Below are positions 1-10,335 of a stretch of DNA of 64,000 nt, piece by piece; the first letter of the stretch is position 1, and each line of letters starts with the position of its first letter. Source of the stretch: a bacterium (lineage in GTDB: Bacteria > UBA8248); contig CBDBZU010000004.1 of NCBI GenBank assembly GCA_965213625.1, positions 3,744,001-3,808,000 on the forward strand, written 5' to 3'. The notes under the pieces are model-generated. The model ran no database searches. It was given only the letters and a program-made list of their open reading frames with translations, and was not told the DNA's origin. The position numbers and the translations under genes are program-made.

Positions 1-5
1 AAGGG

Positions 6-1481
6 ATGAACGCCGTATTCCCGCTCTTCGTCGTCCTGCCGCTGGCCACGGGCACGTTCCTGTTCCTGGTGAGGAAGAGCCGCCCCATCCAGGAATCGGT
101 GAGCCTGATAGCCTTGCTGGTGAACCTCATCTTGGCGGGAATACTGCTTAGCGCGACGGCGGACGGGACGATATTCGTCCACCGGATGGGCCTCTGGCCC
201 TTCCCCTACGCCATCGTCCTGGCGGCGGACAGGCTCACCGCCACGCTCTTGTGTCTCTCCTCCTCCATCGTGGGGGCGTGCGCCGTCTTCGCGGGGAGCT
301 ATCTCACGGATGCGCAGCGGAAAGAGGCCTTTCACCCCCTGCTGCACTTCCTGCTCATGGGGATGCAGGGGTGTTTCATCACGGGCGACCTGTTCAACCT
401 CTTCGTCTTCTTTGAAGTCATGCTCATGGCCACCTACGCGCTGCTGGGCTTCTATTACAACCTCGACCAGCTCGAGATGGCCTTCAAGTACACCTGCATG
501 AACCTCATCGCATCGGCGCTCTTCCTGCTCGGCGTCGCGCTCCTCTACGCGCAGGTGGGCACGGTGAACATGGCCGACTTGGCCGTGAAGATAAAGCTCC
601 TGGGCCCCACGCCCCTGATCGTGGTGACCGCCCTCATCTTCGTCTTCGTGTTCAGCGTCAAGGCGGCCATCTTCCCGATGCACTTGTGGCTGCCCTCCGC
701 GCACTCGATATCGCCCACTCCCATCAGCGCGATCCTGGCGGGCGTGCTCGTCAAGGTGGGCATCTACTCCATCATCCGCTGCGCCACGCTCATCTTCCCG
801 GCCGCTTTCCTGATATTACAGCCTGGGCTCATCCTCCTGTGCCTCCTGACCATCGCCATGGGCGCGCTCGGCACCCTGCCCCAGACGAGTCTGAAGCGCA
901 TCCTCGCCTACAGCACCATCAACCAACTGGGCTACATCGCCTTTGGTATCGCCCTGCTCTCACAGGCGGGCCTCGCGGCGGCGGTCTTCTACATCGTCGG
1001 CCACGCGTATCTCAAAAGCGCGATGCTGCTCGGCGCGGGCCTGAACCAGAAGCTCACCGGCACGGTGGACCTCGAAGAAATGGGCGGCATGATGGGCAAG
1101 GCGCCCTTCGCGAGCCTGCTGATGCTCGTGGGATTCCTGTCCCTGGCCGGCTTTCCGCCCTTCACGGGCTTTTTCGCCAAACTCTTCGTGCTCCAGGCGG
1201 GCTTCTCACAGGGCGCGATTCTCGCGACGGGGATCGCCCTGGGATTCGGCGTCATATCGCTTTATTATAATTTCACGACGTACCAGCGCTACGCCTGGGG
1301 AACGGGCGGCGGTGAGGTCGGCGCGGCGGGCGCAGGGATATACGGCTCGGTCGCCTTCCTCTCGGCCTTCGCGGTCATCTTCGGACTCGGCGCGTACTGG
1401 CTCTTCGAGTGGGCGCAGCTCGTGGCCGCCCAGATCACGAAGCCCGAACTCTACATCGCCGCCATGCGGGACTTGGGCTAG
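6..1481 (+). CDS. mrpD: Mrp Na+/H+ antiporter subunit D
   Basis: Polytopic NuoM/N-like protein with DLFNLFVFFEVM, HLWLPSAH and LAYSTINQLG motifs; followed by mrpEFG. Confidence 0.92.
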   Translation: MNAVFPLFVVLPLATGTFLFLVRKSRPIQESVSLIALLVNLILAGILLSATADGTIFVHRMGLWPFPYAIVLAADRLTATLLCLSSSIVGACAVFAGSYLTDAQRKEAFHPLLHFLLMGMQGCFITGDLFNLFVFFEVMLMATYALLGFYYNLDQLEMAFKYTCMNLIASALFLLGVALLYAQVGTVNMADLAVKIKLLGPTPLIVVTALIFVFVFSVKAAIFPMHLWLPSAHSISPTPISAILAGVLVKVGIYSIIRCATLIFPAAFLILQPGLILLCLLTIAMGALGTLPQTSLKRILAYSTINQLGYIAFGIALLSQAGLAAAVFYIVGHAYLKSAMLLGAGLNQKLTGTVDLEEMGGMMGKAPFASLLMLVGFLSLAGFPPFTGFFAKLFVLQAGFSQGAILATGIALGFGVISLYYNFTTYQRYAWGTGGGEVGAAGAGIYGSVAFLSAFAVIFGLGAYWLFEWAQLVAAQITKPELYIAAMRDLG

Positions 1482-1491
1482 GAGACGCACG

Positions 1492-1965
1492 ATGCCGCTC
1501 GCCACGCTCGCATTCACCATCGCCACCATCTGGATATTCCTGCACGGGAGCGCCACGCCCGGACATTTCTTCGTCGGCCTCGTCATGGCGTTCTTCATCA
1601 TCCGCTTCTTAAAGAAATCCTACTACCAGGACAGAACGTTCTTCCGCATCGGCAGCTATTTCAGATACTTGCGAAGCTTCACCTGGGAGCTTCTGATCGC
1701 CAACGTCCAGGTACTGAAGATCGTGCTCTCGCCCCGGCTGTCGATCCGCCCGGGCATCATCCCCTACAAGACGGTCTGCAAGACCCCCCTGGGCGTGACG
1801 ATGCTGGCGAATACCATCACCCTCACGCCCGGCACGCTGAGCATCGACGTGTCGGAGGATGATGAGACGATATTCGTCCACACGCTGGACATCGACCACC
1901 CCGACGAGGTGGCCGAAAGCATCCGCAAGGGGCTGGAAGAACCCATCGTGGGAGCCGTGGAATGA
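1492..1965 (+). CDS. mrpE: Mrp antiporter subunit E
   Basis: LANTITLTPGTLSID motif; ATG 1492 after GGAG (ORF track start is too far upstream). Confidence 0.92.
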   Translation: MPLATLAFTIATIWIFLHGSATPGHFFVGLVMAFFIIRFLKKSYYQDRTFFRIGSYFRYLRSFTWELLIANVQVLKIVLSPRLSIRPGIIPYKTVCKTPLGVTMLANTITLTPGTLSIDVSEDDETIFVHTLDIDHPDEVAESIRKGLEEPIVGAVE

Positions 1966-2231
1966 TCGAGACGGCCGTTCAGATAAGCCTCGCCATGATG
2001 GGCGCCTCGGTGCTCCTGGCGTTCATCCGGCTCATCAAGGGACCCACGACGTCGGACCGCGTGGTGGCGGCGGACACCCTCGCCACGAACGTGCTGGGCG
2101 TCATCGCGTTGTTCGCCATCCAGACGCACAACAAGCTGTTCATCATCGCCGTGCTCGCCCTGGCCATCCTGAGTTTTGTGGGCACGACGGTTTACGCAAA
2201 ATTCCTCGAGAGGGGGAAGATCATTGAGTGA
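1962..2231 (+). CDS. mrpF: Mrp antiporter subunit F
   Basis: RLIKGPT-SDRVVAAD motif, 3 TM segments, ATGA overlap with mrpE. Confidence 0.92.
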   Translation: MIETAVQISLAMMGASVLLAFIRLIKGPTTSDRVVAADTLATNVLGVIALFAIQTHNKLFIIAVLALAILSFVGTTVYAKFLERGKIIE

Positions 2232-2595
2232 AGCACTCGCCGCCGTCCTGTTGCTGGGAGGCTCGTTCTTCATGCTGGTCGCCAGCATCGGCCTCATCCG
2301 CCTGCCCGACGTCTATTGCCGCATGCACGCCGCCACCAAGGCGACCACCTTCGGCATGGGCGGCATCCTCCTGGGCGCGAGCATCATCTTCCAGAGCGCC
2401 GCCGTCACGACGCAGGCGCTCCTGGCCATTTTCTTCCTGTTCCTGACCGCGCCCGTCGCCGCGCACCTGATATCGAGGGCGGCCTACAAGCGCGGGCCCG
2501 ACCTCTGCGCCGAGACCACGCACGATGAATACGGCAAATACCTGGAGGGGCAAAAGACGGAGAAAGAATCCTCACCCGGATATGGAGACGCGTAG
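2224..2595 (+). CDS. mrpG: Mrp antiporter subunit G
   Basis: IGLIRLPDVYCRMHAATK and LTAPVAAHLISRAAY motifs; TTG start inferred. Confidence 0.9.
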   Translation: MSEALAAVLLLGGSFFMLVASIGLIRLPDVYCRMHAATKATTFGMGGILLGASIIFQSAAVTTQALLAIFFLFLTAPVAAHLISRAAYKRGPDLCAETTHDEYGKYLEGQKTEKESSPGYGDA

Positions 2596-2665
2596 CAGAA
2601 CATCGCATACTAGAGAGAATCGCCGCCGTTTTTCATCCAACGCATTCATATGGAGAACGAGACTC

Positions 2666-3265
2666 ATGAAACGATTTGTGAAACTTGCAGCGATGATAAT
2701 CGCGGCGGCATGGCTGGTAGCTCCCGCCCTCTCGCACGCCGCTGAGTGGAGAATCGACCCCACCCACACGACGGTCTCCTTCAAGGTACGCCACCTGGGC
2801 GTCACCTGGGTGCAGGGGGAATTCCAGCGGGTATCGGGCACGGTACGCTACGACCGGAAGAACCCCGGGGCCGCGGCGGCGGACATCGTCATCGACGCCG
2901 ACTCGATCAACACGCGCAACGCGCGGCGCGACAACCATCTGCGGACCGACGACTTCCTGCTCGTCGAGAAGCATCCCAACATCACGTTCAAGTCCAAATC
3001 CGCGAAGAATGCGGGCGCTGACAGCTTGGAGATGGTCGGCGACCTGACCATACGCGGCGTCACGAAAGAAGTGGTCCTGAAGGTGGCCGACATCAGCGGG
3101 GAGGTCAAGACTGGTCGCGGGACCGTCAAAATGGGCGCGAGCGCCACCACCCGCATCAACCGCAAGGATTTCGGGGTGAAGTTCAACCGCCTGCTCGAAG
3201 CGGGTGGGCTCGTCGTTGGGAACGAGGTGCGCATCACCATCGACGTGGAGTTGAACAAGCAATAG
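2666..3265 (+). CDS. yceI: YceI-family periplasmic polyisoprenoid-binding protein
   Basis: Signal peptide; WRIDPTHT, RDNHLR and GDLTIRGVTK motifs. Confidence 0.9.
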   Translation: MKRFVKLAAMIIAAAWLVAPALSHAAEWRIDPTHTTVSFKVRHLGVTWVQGEFQRVSGTVRYDRKNPGAAAADIVIDADSINTRNARRDNHLRTDDFLLVEKHPNITFKSKSAKNAGADSLEMVGDLTIRGVTKEVVLKVADISGEVKTGRGTVKMGASATTRINRKDFGVKFNRLLEAGGLVVGNEVRITIDVELNKQ

Positions 3266-3361
3266 CGCGAGGGCGCTCTTCGAACTCTCGCGAGCCGCCT
3301 GACGGCGCGCGTCACGCTTGCGTCTACAGCATAGTTTTCGCCGCTTTTTTCGCATGATTTG

Positions 3362-3370
3362 TGGTATAAT
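3362..3370 (+). promoter_or_regulatory. Extended -10 promoter element for the ABC operon
   Basis: TGgTATAAT about 90 nt upstream of the ATG at 3460. Confidence 0.55.
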
Positions 3371-3459
3371 AATATGTTCCAGTATAGCTCTGATCCATCG
3401 GGTATCATTGACGCCTCAACACACAACTCCCCTTAGGGAAAACGCGGAGGAATAAACCA

Positions 3460-4809
3460 ATGACCATCAGGAAAACCACTTTCTGGACCATCGTCTTCGG
3501 CTTCGCGCTCGCCGTCCTGGCGGCGCCCCTCGGCGCAATCGCGCTCGAGAAGAAGCTCATCATCGTCACGTCCTACCCGCCGGACACGACGACCACCGTC
3601 AAGAAGGCTTTCGAGAAGAAACACCCCGGCGTCAAGGTCGAGATGCTCAAGAAAAAGACGACCGCCGGCATCAAGTATCTCCAGGAGACCGCCTCCAACA
3701 ACCGCTCCGACATGTTCTGGGCCTCAGCACCCGACGCCTTCGAAGTGCTCAAGGGCGACAACCTCCTGCAGAAATACAAGGTGAAGATAAAAGGCATTCC
3801 AAAAAATGTCGGCGCCTTCCCGATCAACGACCCCGAGGGCTATTACAAGGGCTTCGCGGCGTCTGGCTACGGCATCATGTGGAACACCCGCTACCTCAAG
3901 GCCAAGAAGCTGCCCGCGCCCAAAACCTGGGCCGACTTGGCCATGCCCGTCTACCACGGCCACGTCGGCATGAGTGCGCCCTCGCGCTCCGGCACCACCC
4001 ATCTCACAGTGGAGACGCTCCTGCAGGGCAAGGGCTGGGAAAAGGGCTGGGCCGAGTGGAAGGCCATCGCCGGCAACTTCAAGACCGTCACCGAGCGCAG
4101 CTTCGGCGTGCCCGACGGCGTGAACTCGGGCCAGTTCGGCCTCGGCATCGTCATCGACTTCTTCGGGCTGTCGTCCGAGGCTTCGGGCTTCCCCGTCAAA
4201 TTCATCTACCCGCCGGTGACGACGCTGGTGCCCGCGAACATCGCCATCGTCAAGAACGCGCCGCATCCCAAGGCCGCGGCTGCGTTCATCGAGTTCCTGC
4301 TCTCGCCCGCGGGCCAGGAAGTGCTGCTCGACAAGAAAATCCGCCGTCTGCCAGTCAACCCGGCGACCTACGCCAAAGCGCCCAAAGACTTCCCGAATCC
4401 GTTCAAGGACAAGTCCATCGGCTCAGCGGTCAAGTTCGACCTCCAGCTCTCGAAAAACCGCTACAACGTCATCAATTCGCTGTTCGACGTGATGGTCACC
4501 TACCGTCTGAACGACCTGCGCGCGGCGACCAAGGCCATCCAGGCCGCCGAGGCGCAAATGAGCGGCAAGAAGAACATGGCGGCGAAGAAGCTGATCGACG
4601 AGGCCAAGGCGCTGGTGGCCAAGGTGCCGATCACCGCGGCCCAGGCGAGCAAGAAGGAATTCAACGCGATCTTCAAGAAAAAGCGCAAGAAGGCGACAAC
4701 GAAGGTGACGGGCCGCCAGGCCGAGGTCGAACGTGAATGGGACGCGCAGGTCAAGGCGAATTACGCCAAGGCCAGGGCGCTGGCAGAGAAGGCGGCGTCC
4801 ATGCTCTAG
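3460..4809 (+). CDS. ABC substrate-binding protein, Fe3+/PgtC-like (SBP_bac_6 type)
   Basis: Signal peptide, SAPSRSGTTHL and AAAFIEFLLSPAGQ motifs; heads a permease-ATPase operon. Confidence 0.8.
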   Translation: MTIRKTTFWTIVFGFALAVLAAPLGAIALEKKLIIVTSYPPDTTTTVKKAFEKKHPGVKVEMLKKKTTAGIKYLQETASNNRSDMFWASAPDAFEVLKGDNLLQKYKVKIKGIPKNVGAFPINDPEGYYKGFAASGYGIMWNTRYLKAKKLPAPKTWADLAMPVYHGHVGMSAPSRSGTTHLTVETLLQGKGWEKGWAEWKAIAGNFKTVTERSFGVPDGVNSGQFGLGIVIDFFGLSSEASGFPVKFIYPPVTTLVPANIAIVKNAPHPKAAAAFIEFLLSPAGQEVLLDKKIRRLPVNPATYAKAPKDFPNPFKDKSIGSAVKFDLQLSKNRYNVINSLFDVMVTYRLNDLRAATKAIQAAEAQMSGKKNMAAKKLIDEAKALVAKVPITAAQASKKEFNAIFKKKRKKATTKVTGRQAEVEREWDAQVKANYAKARALAEKAASML

Positions 4810-4838
4810 CCTGAAGCCTGCGCGGAGAAGGGGAAAGA

Positions 4839-6554
4839 ATGTCTCTGGAAGCGATGGCGCGCGGCCAGTGGGGGCCGGCGGCGGTGGGCCTCATTGTCGG
4901 CCTGTTCCTGCTCGCCTTCCTGGTCGTGCCTGTCGTGAACGTGATCTACGTCGCCTTCCAGGACCCCAACACGGGCGCGCTGACGCTCATCAACTTCGTG
5001 GATTTCTTCAGGAACAACCTGTTCCAGGAATCCGCCATCAATTCGATCTACGTCGCCCTGATGTCTGTGGTGCTGGCGTCGTGCTTTGCGCTTCCACTCG
5101 CCTACTTCACGACGCGCTTCAATTTCGGCGGCGCCATCCTCATCCAGACCCTGGGTGTGCTCCCGCTCATCATGCCGCCCTTCGTCGGCGCCGTGGCGAT
5201 GCTCCTGCTGCTCGGCGAGAACGGCTCGGTCAACCTGCTGCTGGATGAATGGTTCGGCTTTAAGGTCCCCTTCATGGAGGGGTTGAACGGCGTCATCCTG
5301 GTCGAGAGCATCCACTATTTCCCGTTCATCCTCATGAATCTCTCGGCCTCGCTCAACAACATCGACCGGTCGATGGAGGAATCCGCCCAGAACCTGGGAG
5401 CCAGCGGAATGCGCCTGTTCCGCCGCATCGTGTTTCCACTGGCCATGCCCGGCTATGTCGCGGGCGCATCCCTGGTGTTCCTGAAGGTGTTCGACGACAT
5501 CGGCACGCCGCTGCTACTCAACATCAACAACATGCTGGCGCCCCAGGCCTACCTGCGCATCGCCTCCATCGGCATCTCGGACCCCATGGGTTATGTGATC
5601 TCGGTCATCCTGGTCATTTTCTCCCTGCTGGCGCTCTGGACCTCGTTTCTGGCGCTGCGAAACAAGGACTACGCGACCGTGCAAAAGGGCGGGGGCGGGC
5701 TGATGAAGCGCGACCTGAGGCCCTGGGAGAAGGCCGCCTGCTACGGCGTCGTCGTCTTCATCCTGCTGCTGGTGCTCTCGCCGCACTTCGGCCTCGCCAT
5801 CCTCTCTCTCGGCACGGTCTGGTCGTTCAGCGTGCTGCCCGACGCCTACACCTACGCGCATTACCTGCGGGTGATCTCGGACTCATCGGAATTCATCACC
5901 AACACGCTGCTCTACGCGGGCCTCGCCGCGGGCATCGACGTCGTCTTCGGCACGGCCATCGCCTACATCGTCCTGCGCACCGGGCTGGCCGGCCGGCAGT
6001 GGCTTGATTACGCTGCGATGGGGGCGGTGGCGATCCCCGGCGTGGTGCTCGGCATCGGCTATTTGAGGACCTTCTATGCGTTCAACGTGCCGATTATAGA
6101 TAAACCCCTGGCCTCGTGGTGGGTCATCATCGTCGTCGCCCTCGCCATCAGACGCCTGCCCTACGCGCTGCGCGCCTGCATGGCGGCGCTGCAGCAGCTG
6201 AGCGTCATGCTCGAAGAGGCCGCCGAGAATCTGGGGGCGACCAAGGGCCGAACCATCTACCGGGTCGTCGTGCCGCTCATGTCGGGCGGCATCGTCGCGG
6301 GCTTCATCACCAGCTTCGCCACCGCGGCGGTCGAGCTGTCGACGACCATAATGCTCGTCTCGCAGGAATCGGACGCGCCGCTCGCCTTCGGGATTTACGA
6401 GTTCATGCAGTCGGCGGCGGGCCGCGGCCCGGGCGCCGCGCTGGGCATCATCGCCGTGGTCATCGTCGGCGTCGCCACCTACGTCTCGCACCGCTTCATC
6501 CAGCGCATAGAGACGAGCCAGACGCCTGACATGGCCATCGTCGCGGGAGTATGA
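4839..6554 (+). CDS. ABC permease with two BPD_transp_1 domains (FbpB/ThiP type)
   Basis: Two EAA-type loops (EESAQNLGA, EEAAENLGA); about 12 TM segments. Confidence 0.9.
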   Translation: MSLEAMARGQWGPAAVGLIVGLFLLAFLVVPVVNVIYVAFQDPNTGALTLINFVDFFRNNLFQESAINSIYVALMSVVLASCFALPLAYFTTRFNFGGAILIQTLGVLPLIMPPFVGAVAMLLLLGENGSVNLLLDEWFGFKVPFMEGLNGVILVESIHYFPFILMNLSASLNNIDRSMEESAQNLGASGMRLFRRIVFPLAMPGYVAGASLVFLKVFDDIGTPLLLNINNMLAPQAYLRIASIGISDPMGYVISVILVIFSLLALWTSFLALRNKDYATVQKGGGGLMKRDLRPWEKAACYGVVVFILLLVLSPHFGLAILSLGTVWSFSVLPDAYTYAHYLRVISDSSEFITNTLLYAGLAAGIDVVFGTAIAYIVLRTGLAGRQWLDYAAMGAVAIPGVVLGIGYLRTFYAFNVPIIDKPLASWWVIIVVALAIRRLPYALRACMAALQQLSVMLEEAAENLGATKGRTIYRVVVPLMSGGIVAGFITSFATAAVELSTTIMLVSQESDAPLAFGIYEFMQSAAGRGPGAALGIIAVVIVGVATYVSHRFIQRIETSQTPDMAIVAGV

Positions 6555-7639
6555 GAATGGCATCGCAAAACGCCGCAAGCGTCGTCATCGAGCAACTGAG
6601 CCTCGCCTACGACACGACCGACGTGCTGAAAGACGTGGACCTTCGCATCGAACCGGGCGAGTTGTTCACCTTCCTGGGGCCGTCGGGGTCGGGCAAATCG
6701 ACTCTCCTGCGCGCCGTCGCGGGCTTCGGCCCCGCGCCCCGGGGGCGCATCCTGATAGGCGAGGACGACGTGACGCGGCTCCCCCCCTGGCGGCGCAACG
6801 TCGGCATGGTGTTCCAGTCCTATGCGCTCTGGCCGCACATGACGGTGCGCAGGAACGTCGCCTTTGGCCTGGAGGAACGCAAGACGCCCGCCGCCGAAAT
6901 TCCCAAGCGCGTCGACGCCGCCCTGGACATGGTCGGACTCCTGGAGCTTGCCGAGCGCCGTCCCTCGCAGCTGTCCGGCGGACAGCAGCAGCGCGTAGCG
7001 CTGGCGCGCACCATCGTCGTCGAGCCCCGCGTGCTCCTGCTCGACGAGCCGCTCTCGAATCTGGACGCCAACCTGCGCGTACAGATGCGCCGCGAGATTC
7101 TGGACTTGCAGCGCGAACTGGAACTGACCACCATCTTCGTCACCCACGACCAGGAAGAGGCCAACACCATCTCGGACCGCATCGCCGTGCTCGACGACGG
7201 CATACTCCAGCAGGTGGGAGCGCCCATGGAACTCTACGACGAGCCCGTGAACCGATTCGTCGCCCACTTCCTGGGCACGGCGAATCTCATGGACGGGCGG
7301 ATCGAGACGGGGGCCGATGGCGCGCGCTTCGCCGCTGCCGGCGGCATCGCCGTGCCGCTTTCGGGTGAGGTCCACGCGCCCGGTGAGGAGCATACCGCCG
7401 TGTTCCGGCCCCAGGATATCGCCATCGCCGCACCGGGCGAGACGCTCCCCGGTATCGTCCTGACCGGCCGGGTGCAGCACCGCGAGTTCCTTGGCAACCT
7501 CCTGCGCTACTCCGTCGTCATCGGCGAGGACACCCTGCTGGTCGACGACACCCACCATCCGGGCCGCCGCGCCTTCTCCGTGGGAGATGATGTCGCCGTG
7601 GGCCTCCGAGGCGAGCAGGTGCGCATCCTGGGGCGTTGA
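6551..7639 (+). CDS. ABC ATP-binding protein (PotA/FbpC type)
   Basis: GPSGSGKST, LSGGQQQR and LLLDEP motifs; TOBE-like C-terminus. Confidence 0.93.
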   Translation: MRMASQNAASVVIEQLSLAYDTTDVLKDVDLRIEPGELFTFLGPSGSGKSTLLRAVAGFGPAPRGRILIGEDDVTRLPPWRRNVGMVFQSYALWPHMTVRRNVAFGLEERKTPAAEIPKRVDAALDMVGLLELAERRPSQLSGGQQQRVALARTIVVEPRVLLLDEPLSNLDANLRVQMRREILDLQRELELTTIFVTHDQEEANTISDRIAVLDDGILQQVGAPMELYDEPVNRFVAHFLGTANLMDGRIETGADGARFAAAGGIAVPLSGEVHAPGEEHTAVFRPQDIAIAAPGETLPGIVLTGRVQHREFLGNLLRYSVVIGEDTLLVDDTHHPGRRAFSVGDDVAVGLRGEQVRILGR

Positions 7640-7959
7640 GAGGAGCGCTCTCCCGCAGGATTCCTGGCAAACCCGATTGGACCTGCAAGGACTGGCCTCC
7701 GTGCCTGTCCCTGCAAAACCATCGCGCTTGCGCTGCGGAGCACGGAATAAGAAATCCCGGAAATCGGGCCGCTTGATTTGATCTCGCCGCCGAATTGGGC
7801 TACATGATTTCCGGGTGGCCCGGTGGAGATTCCACCCCTCGATAAAATCCAAAATTCAAAACGACATCCTGAAACTGGAGCGAGGCGAATCCCGGAAACT
7901 GAGAGCGTTTTCTAGTGAGGGGATCGTCGAGTTCCAGACGACGAGACGAGGGAGATTCC

Positions 7960-8436
7960 ATGCGCCATATTCTCGTTCTTTGCACGGGCAACTCGGCGCG
8001 CTCGATACTCGCGGAAGCCGTCCTGAACCGCGACGGCGTGGGGAGGGTGCGGGCCTATTCGGCGGGTTCCCGCCCGACAGGCCGGGTCAATCCGGGCGCG
8101 GTTCGCCTCCTCGAGCGGCTGGGCCTGCCGACGGAAGGCTACCGCTCGAAGAGCTGGGATGAGTTCGCCGCCCCCGGCGCCCCCAAAATGGACCTCGTCG
8201 TCACCGTCTGCGATTCGGCGGCGGGCGAAATCTGCCCCGTCTGGCCCGGCGCGCCGCTCACGGCGCACTGGGGAGTGGACGACCCCGCCGCTGCGCCGGA
8301 AGACCAAATCGACTGGGCGTTCCGGGTCGCATACCACCGCCTGAGCGCCCGAATCAACGCCTTTCTGGCCCTTGACTTCGAAGACATGGACCGCGCGGCG
8401 CTCAAGGCGCGCCTGGACGCCATCGCCCGAATATGA
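7960..8436 (+). CDS. arsC: Arsenate reductase, LMW-PTP family
   Basis: LCTGNSARS P-loop, VTVCDSAAGEICPVWPG and HWGVDDPA motifs; ATG 7960 after GGGAG. Confidence 0.9.
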   Translation: MRHILVLCTGNSARSILAEAVLNRDGVGRVRAYSAGSRPTGRVNPGAVRLLERLGLPTEGYRSKSWDEFAAPGAPKMDLVVTVCDSAAGEICPVWPGAPLTAHWGVDDPAAAPEDQIDWAFRVAYHRLSARINAFLALDFEDMDRAALKARLDAIARI

Positions 8437-8448
8437 GGAGGTAACCCG

Positions 8449-9102
8449 ATGAGCCGCAAACTACTGGCCGAAGCCGTTGGAACCGCGTTCCTGCTCGCCG
8501 CCATCGCAGGCTCGGGCATCATGGGCGACGCCCTCTCGAACGGGCAGGCGGGCGCGGCGCTATTGCCGCACTCACTCGCGATCGGCGCGATCCTCTTCGT
8601 GATGATCACCCTGCTCGGGCCCGTCTCCGGCGCGCACTTCAACCCCGCGGTCACAATGGTCTTCGCCTTGAATGGGGAGATGGAACGCAGAGAAGCCATC
8701 CCCTACGTCGCCGTCCAGATACTGGCGGCAATCCTCGGCGTGCTCGCCGCGCACCTGATGTTCGACTTGGATATCGCCCAGGTCTCGGCGAAAACGCGTA
8801 GCGGCATCGGCCAGTGGTCGGCGGAAGTCATAGCGACGGCGGGGCTGATCTTCGTCATCCTGGGCGGACTACGCACGAACCCCGCCCTCATCCCCGCGAT
8901 GGTCGGGCTATACATCATGGCGGCCCTCTGGTTCACGGCCTCGACCAGCTTCGCCAACCCGGCGGTCACGATCGCGCGGGTTTACACCAACACGTTCTCG
9001 GGCATTCAGCCGTTCGACGCGCCCGCCTTCATCATCGCTCAGTTTATAGGCGCGCTAGCGGGCTGGAGCCTGGCGCGCGCCGTATGGCCCGAGGAGCGTT
9101 GA
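8449..9102 (+). CDS. MIP/aquaporin channel, AqpS-like (arsenite efflux)
   Basis: SGAHFNPAVT and TSFANPAVT NPA boxes; directly after arsC. Confidence 0.88.
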   Translation: MSRKLLAEAVGTAFLLAAIAGSGIMGDALSNGQAGAALLPHSLAIGAILFVMITLLGPVSGAHFNPAVTMVFALNGEMERREAIPYVAVQILAAILGVLAAHLMFDLDIAQVSAKTRSGIGQWSAEVIATAGLIFVILGGLRTNPALIPAMVGLYIMAALWFTASTSFANPAVTIARVYTNTFSGIQPFDAPAFIIAQFIGALAGWSLARAVWPEER

Positions 9103-9230
9103 CGCCTGGAACCCGAACGCGCCTTCAGGGGCCGGGCATCCGAGGGGAATGCCCGATAAAAAAGCCCTCCTCGCTCGAAATTGACCACCGCCGGAATGAC
9201 GATGCCTTTGCTCGGTCGATAAACAAGAAT

Positions 9231-9319
9231 GTAGCGGACAGGCCCCTGTGCCTGTCCGAGGTCGCGACCTGTCCCGGCCCCTAGCCGGTCTTGTCAGGGG
9301 TGCTTTTTCAACAACCCCT
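9231..9319. repeat. GTAG-tagged REP-like palindrome plus a solo TIR-like end
   Basis: GTAGCGGACAGGCCCCTGTGCCTGTCCG, then CTTTTTCAACAACCCC matching the element ends at 28.8 and 43.7 kb. Confidence 0.6.
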
Positions 9320-9440
9320 TAAAACGACCATCTGAAAGCCCGCCAGAACGCGAACCCCTGACAGACTTGCCATTCCCGCGCTTATGGTGGATTCTCCCTC
9401 GAAATCTGAATCGGCCTCATCGAATCTGGAGTCAAGACGA

Positions 9441-10313
9441 ATGTCGGAACCAAAGAGCGTATTCATCGAAAGAGACGGCGTGCGGCTTCACGCCCTGGAC
9501 CACGGAAGCGAGGGGGAGGACAAGCCCGTTATCCTGATGCTGCACGGCGCTGCGGCCCACGCGCGCTGGTGGGATCACATCGCCCCCGGTTACACGGACA
9601 TGCTCCGGCCCGTGGCGACGGATCACCGCGGCCACGGGGACACCGGATGGCAGGATGAATACGTCTTCGAGGACCTGCTGCGCGACGTGACGGCCTGGGT
9701 GGAATGGGCGGAAGAAGAGAGCGGACGAAAGCCCTGGCTGCTGGCGCACTCGATGGGCGGCGTCATCGCGCTGAACCTCTTCGCCCTCGAGCCGCCCGAC
9801 GTCGAGGGCATCATCATTGTGGATTCCCCGCTCCGGACGACGGACGCGATTCTCGCCGAGGTGCGCGCATTCGGGAACCGGCCCGCCAGACCCTGGGCGT
9901 CGCGAGAGCTTTTCGTCGAGAAATTCAGGCTCCTGCCCGCATCGGACAAGGTGAATCCCGAAACGATCGCCCATATCGCGCGCCACGCCGTGCGGCAAAA
10001 CGGCGACGGTACCTGGACGGTGAAGGCGGACAGGCGTTTTCACGCGTCGCGCCCCGAAACGGATCAGCGCGCGGGCTGGCAGCGGGTCGAGACGCCCGCC
10101 CTGCTCGTGGCGGGAGAACTCTCGGATCGCCTGAAATCAGACTCTCTCGAATGGGTGCGTGAGAAGGTTCCCCACGTCGAAACCGCCGTCATCCCCGGCG
10201 CGCACCACCACGTCTTCATGGACGAACCGGACGCCTTCATCCGCGTGACGCGCGAGTTTCTGGCGAGGAAGATTTCTTCAATCAGCGAACGGAGCGCATC
10301 CCGGACGGTTTGA
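9441..10313 (+). CDS. Alpha/beta hydrolase
   Basis: LHG, DHRGHG, AHSMGG nucleophile elbow and C-terminal GAHHH. Confidence 0.9.
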   Translation: MSEPKSVFIERDGVRLHALDHGSEGEDKPVILMLHGAAAHARWWDHIAPGYTDMLRPVATDHRGHGDTGWQDEYVFEDLLRDVTAWVEWAEEESGRKPWLLAHSMGGVIALNLFALEPPDVEGIIIVDSPLRTTDAILAEVRAFGNRPARPWASRELFVEKFRLLPASDKVNPETIAHIARHAVRQNGDGTWTVKADRRFHASRPETDQRAGWQRVETPALLVAGELSDRLKSDSLEWVREKVPHVETAVIPGAHHHVFMDEPDAFIRVTREFLARKISSISERSASRTV

Positions 10314-10335
10314 TGACTCCCCGATAACTGTTCTT

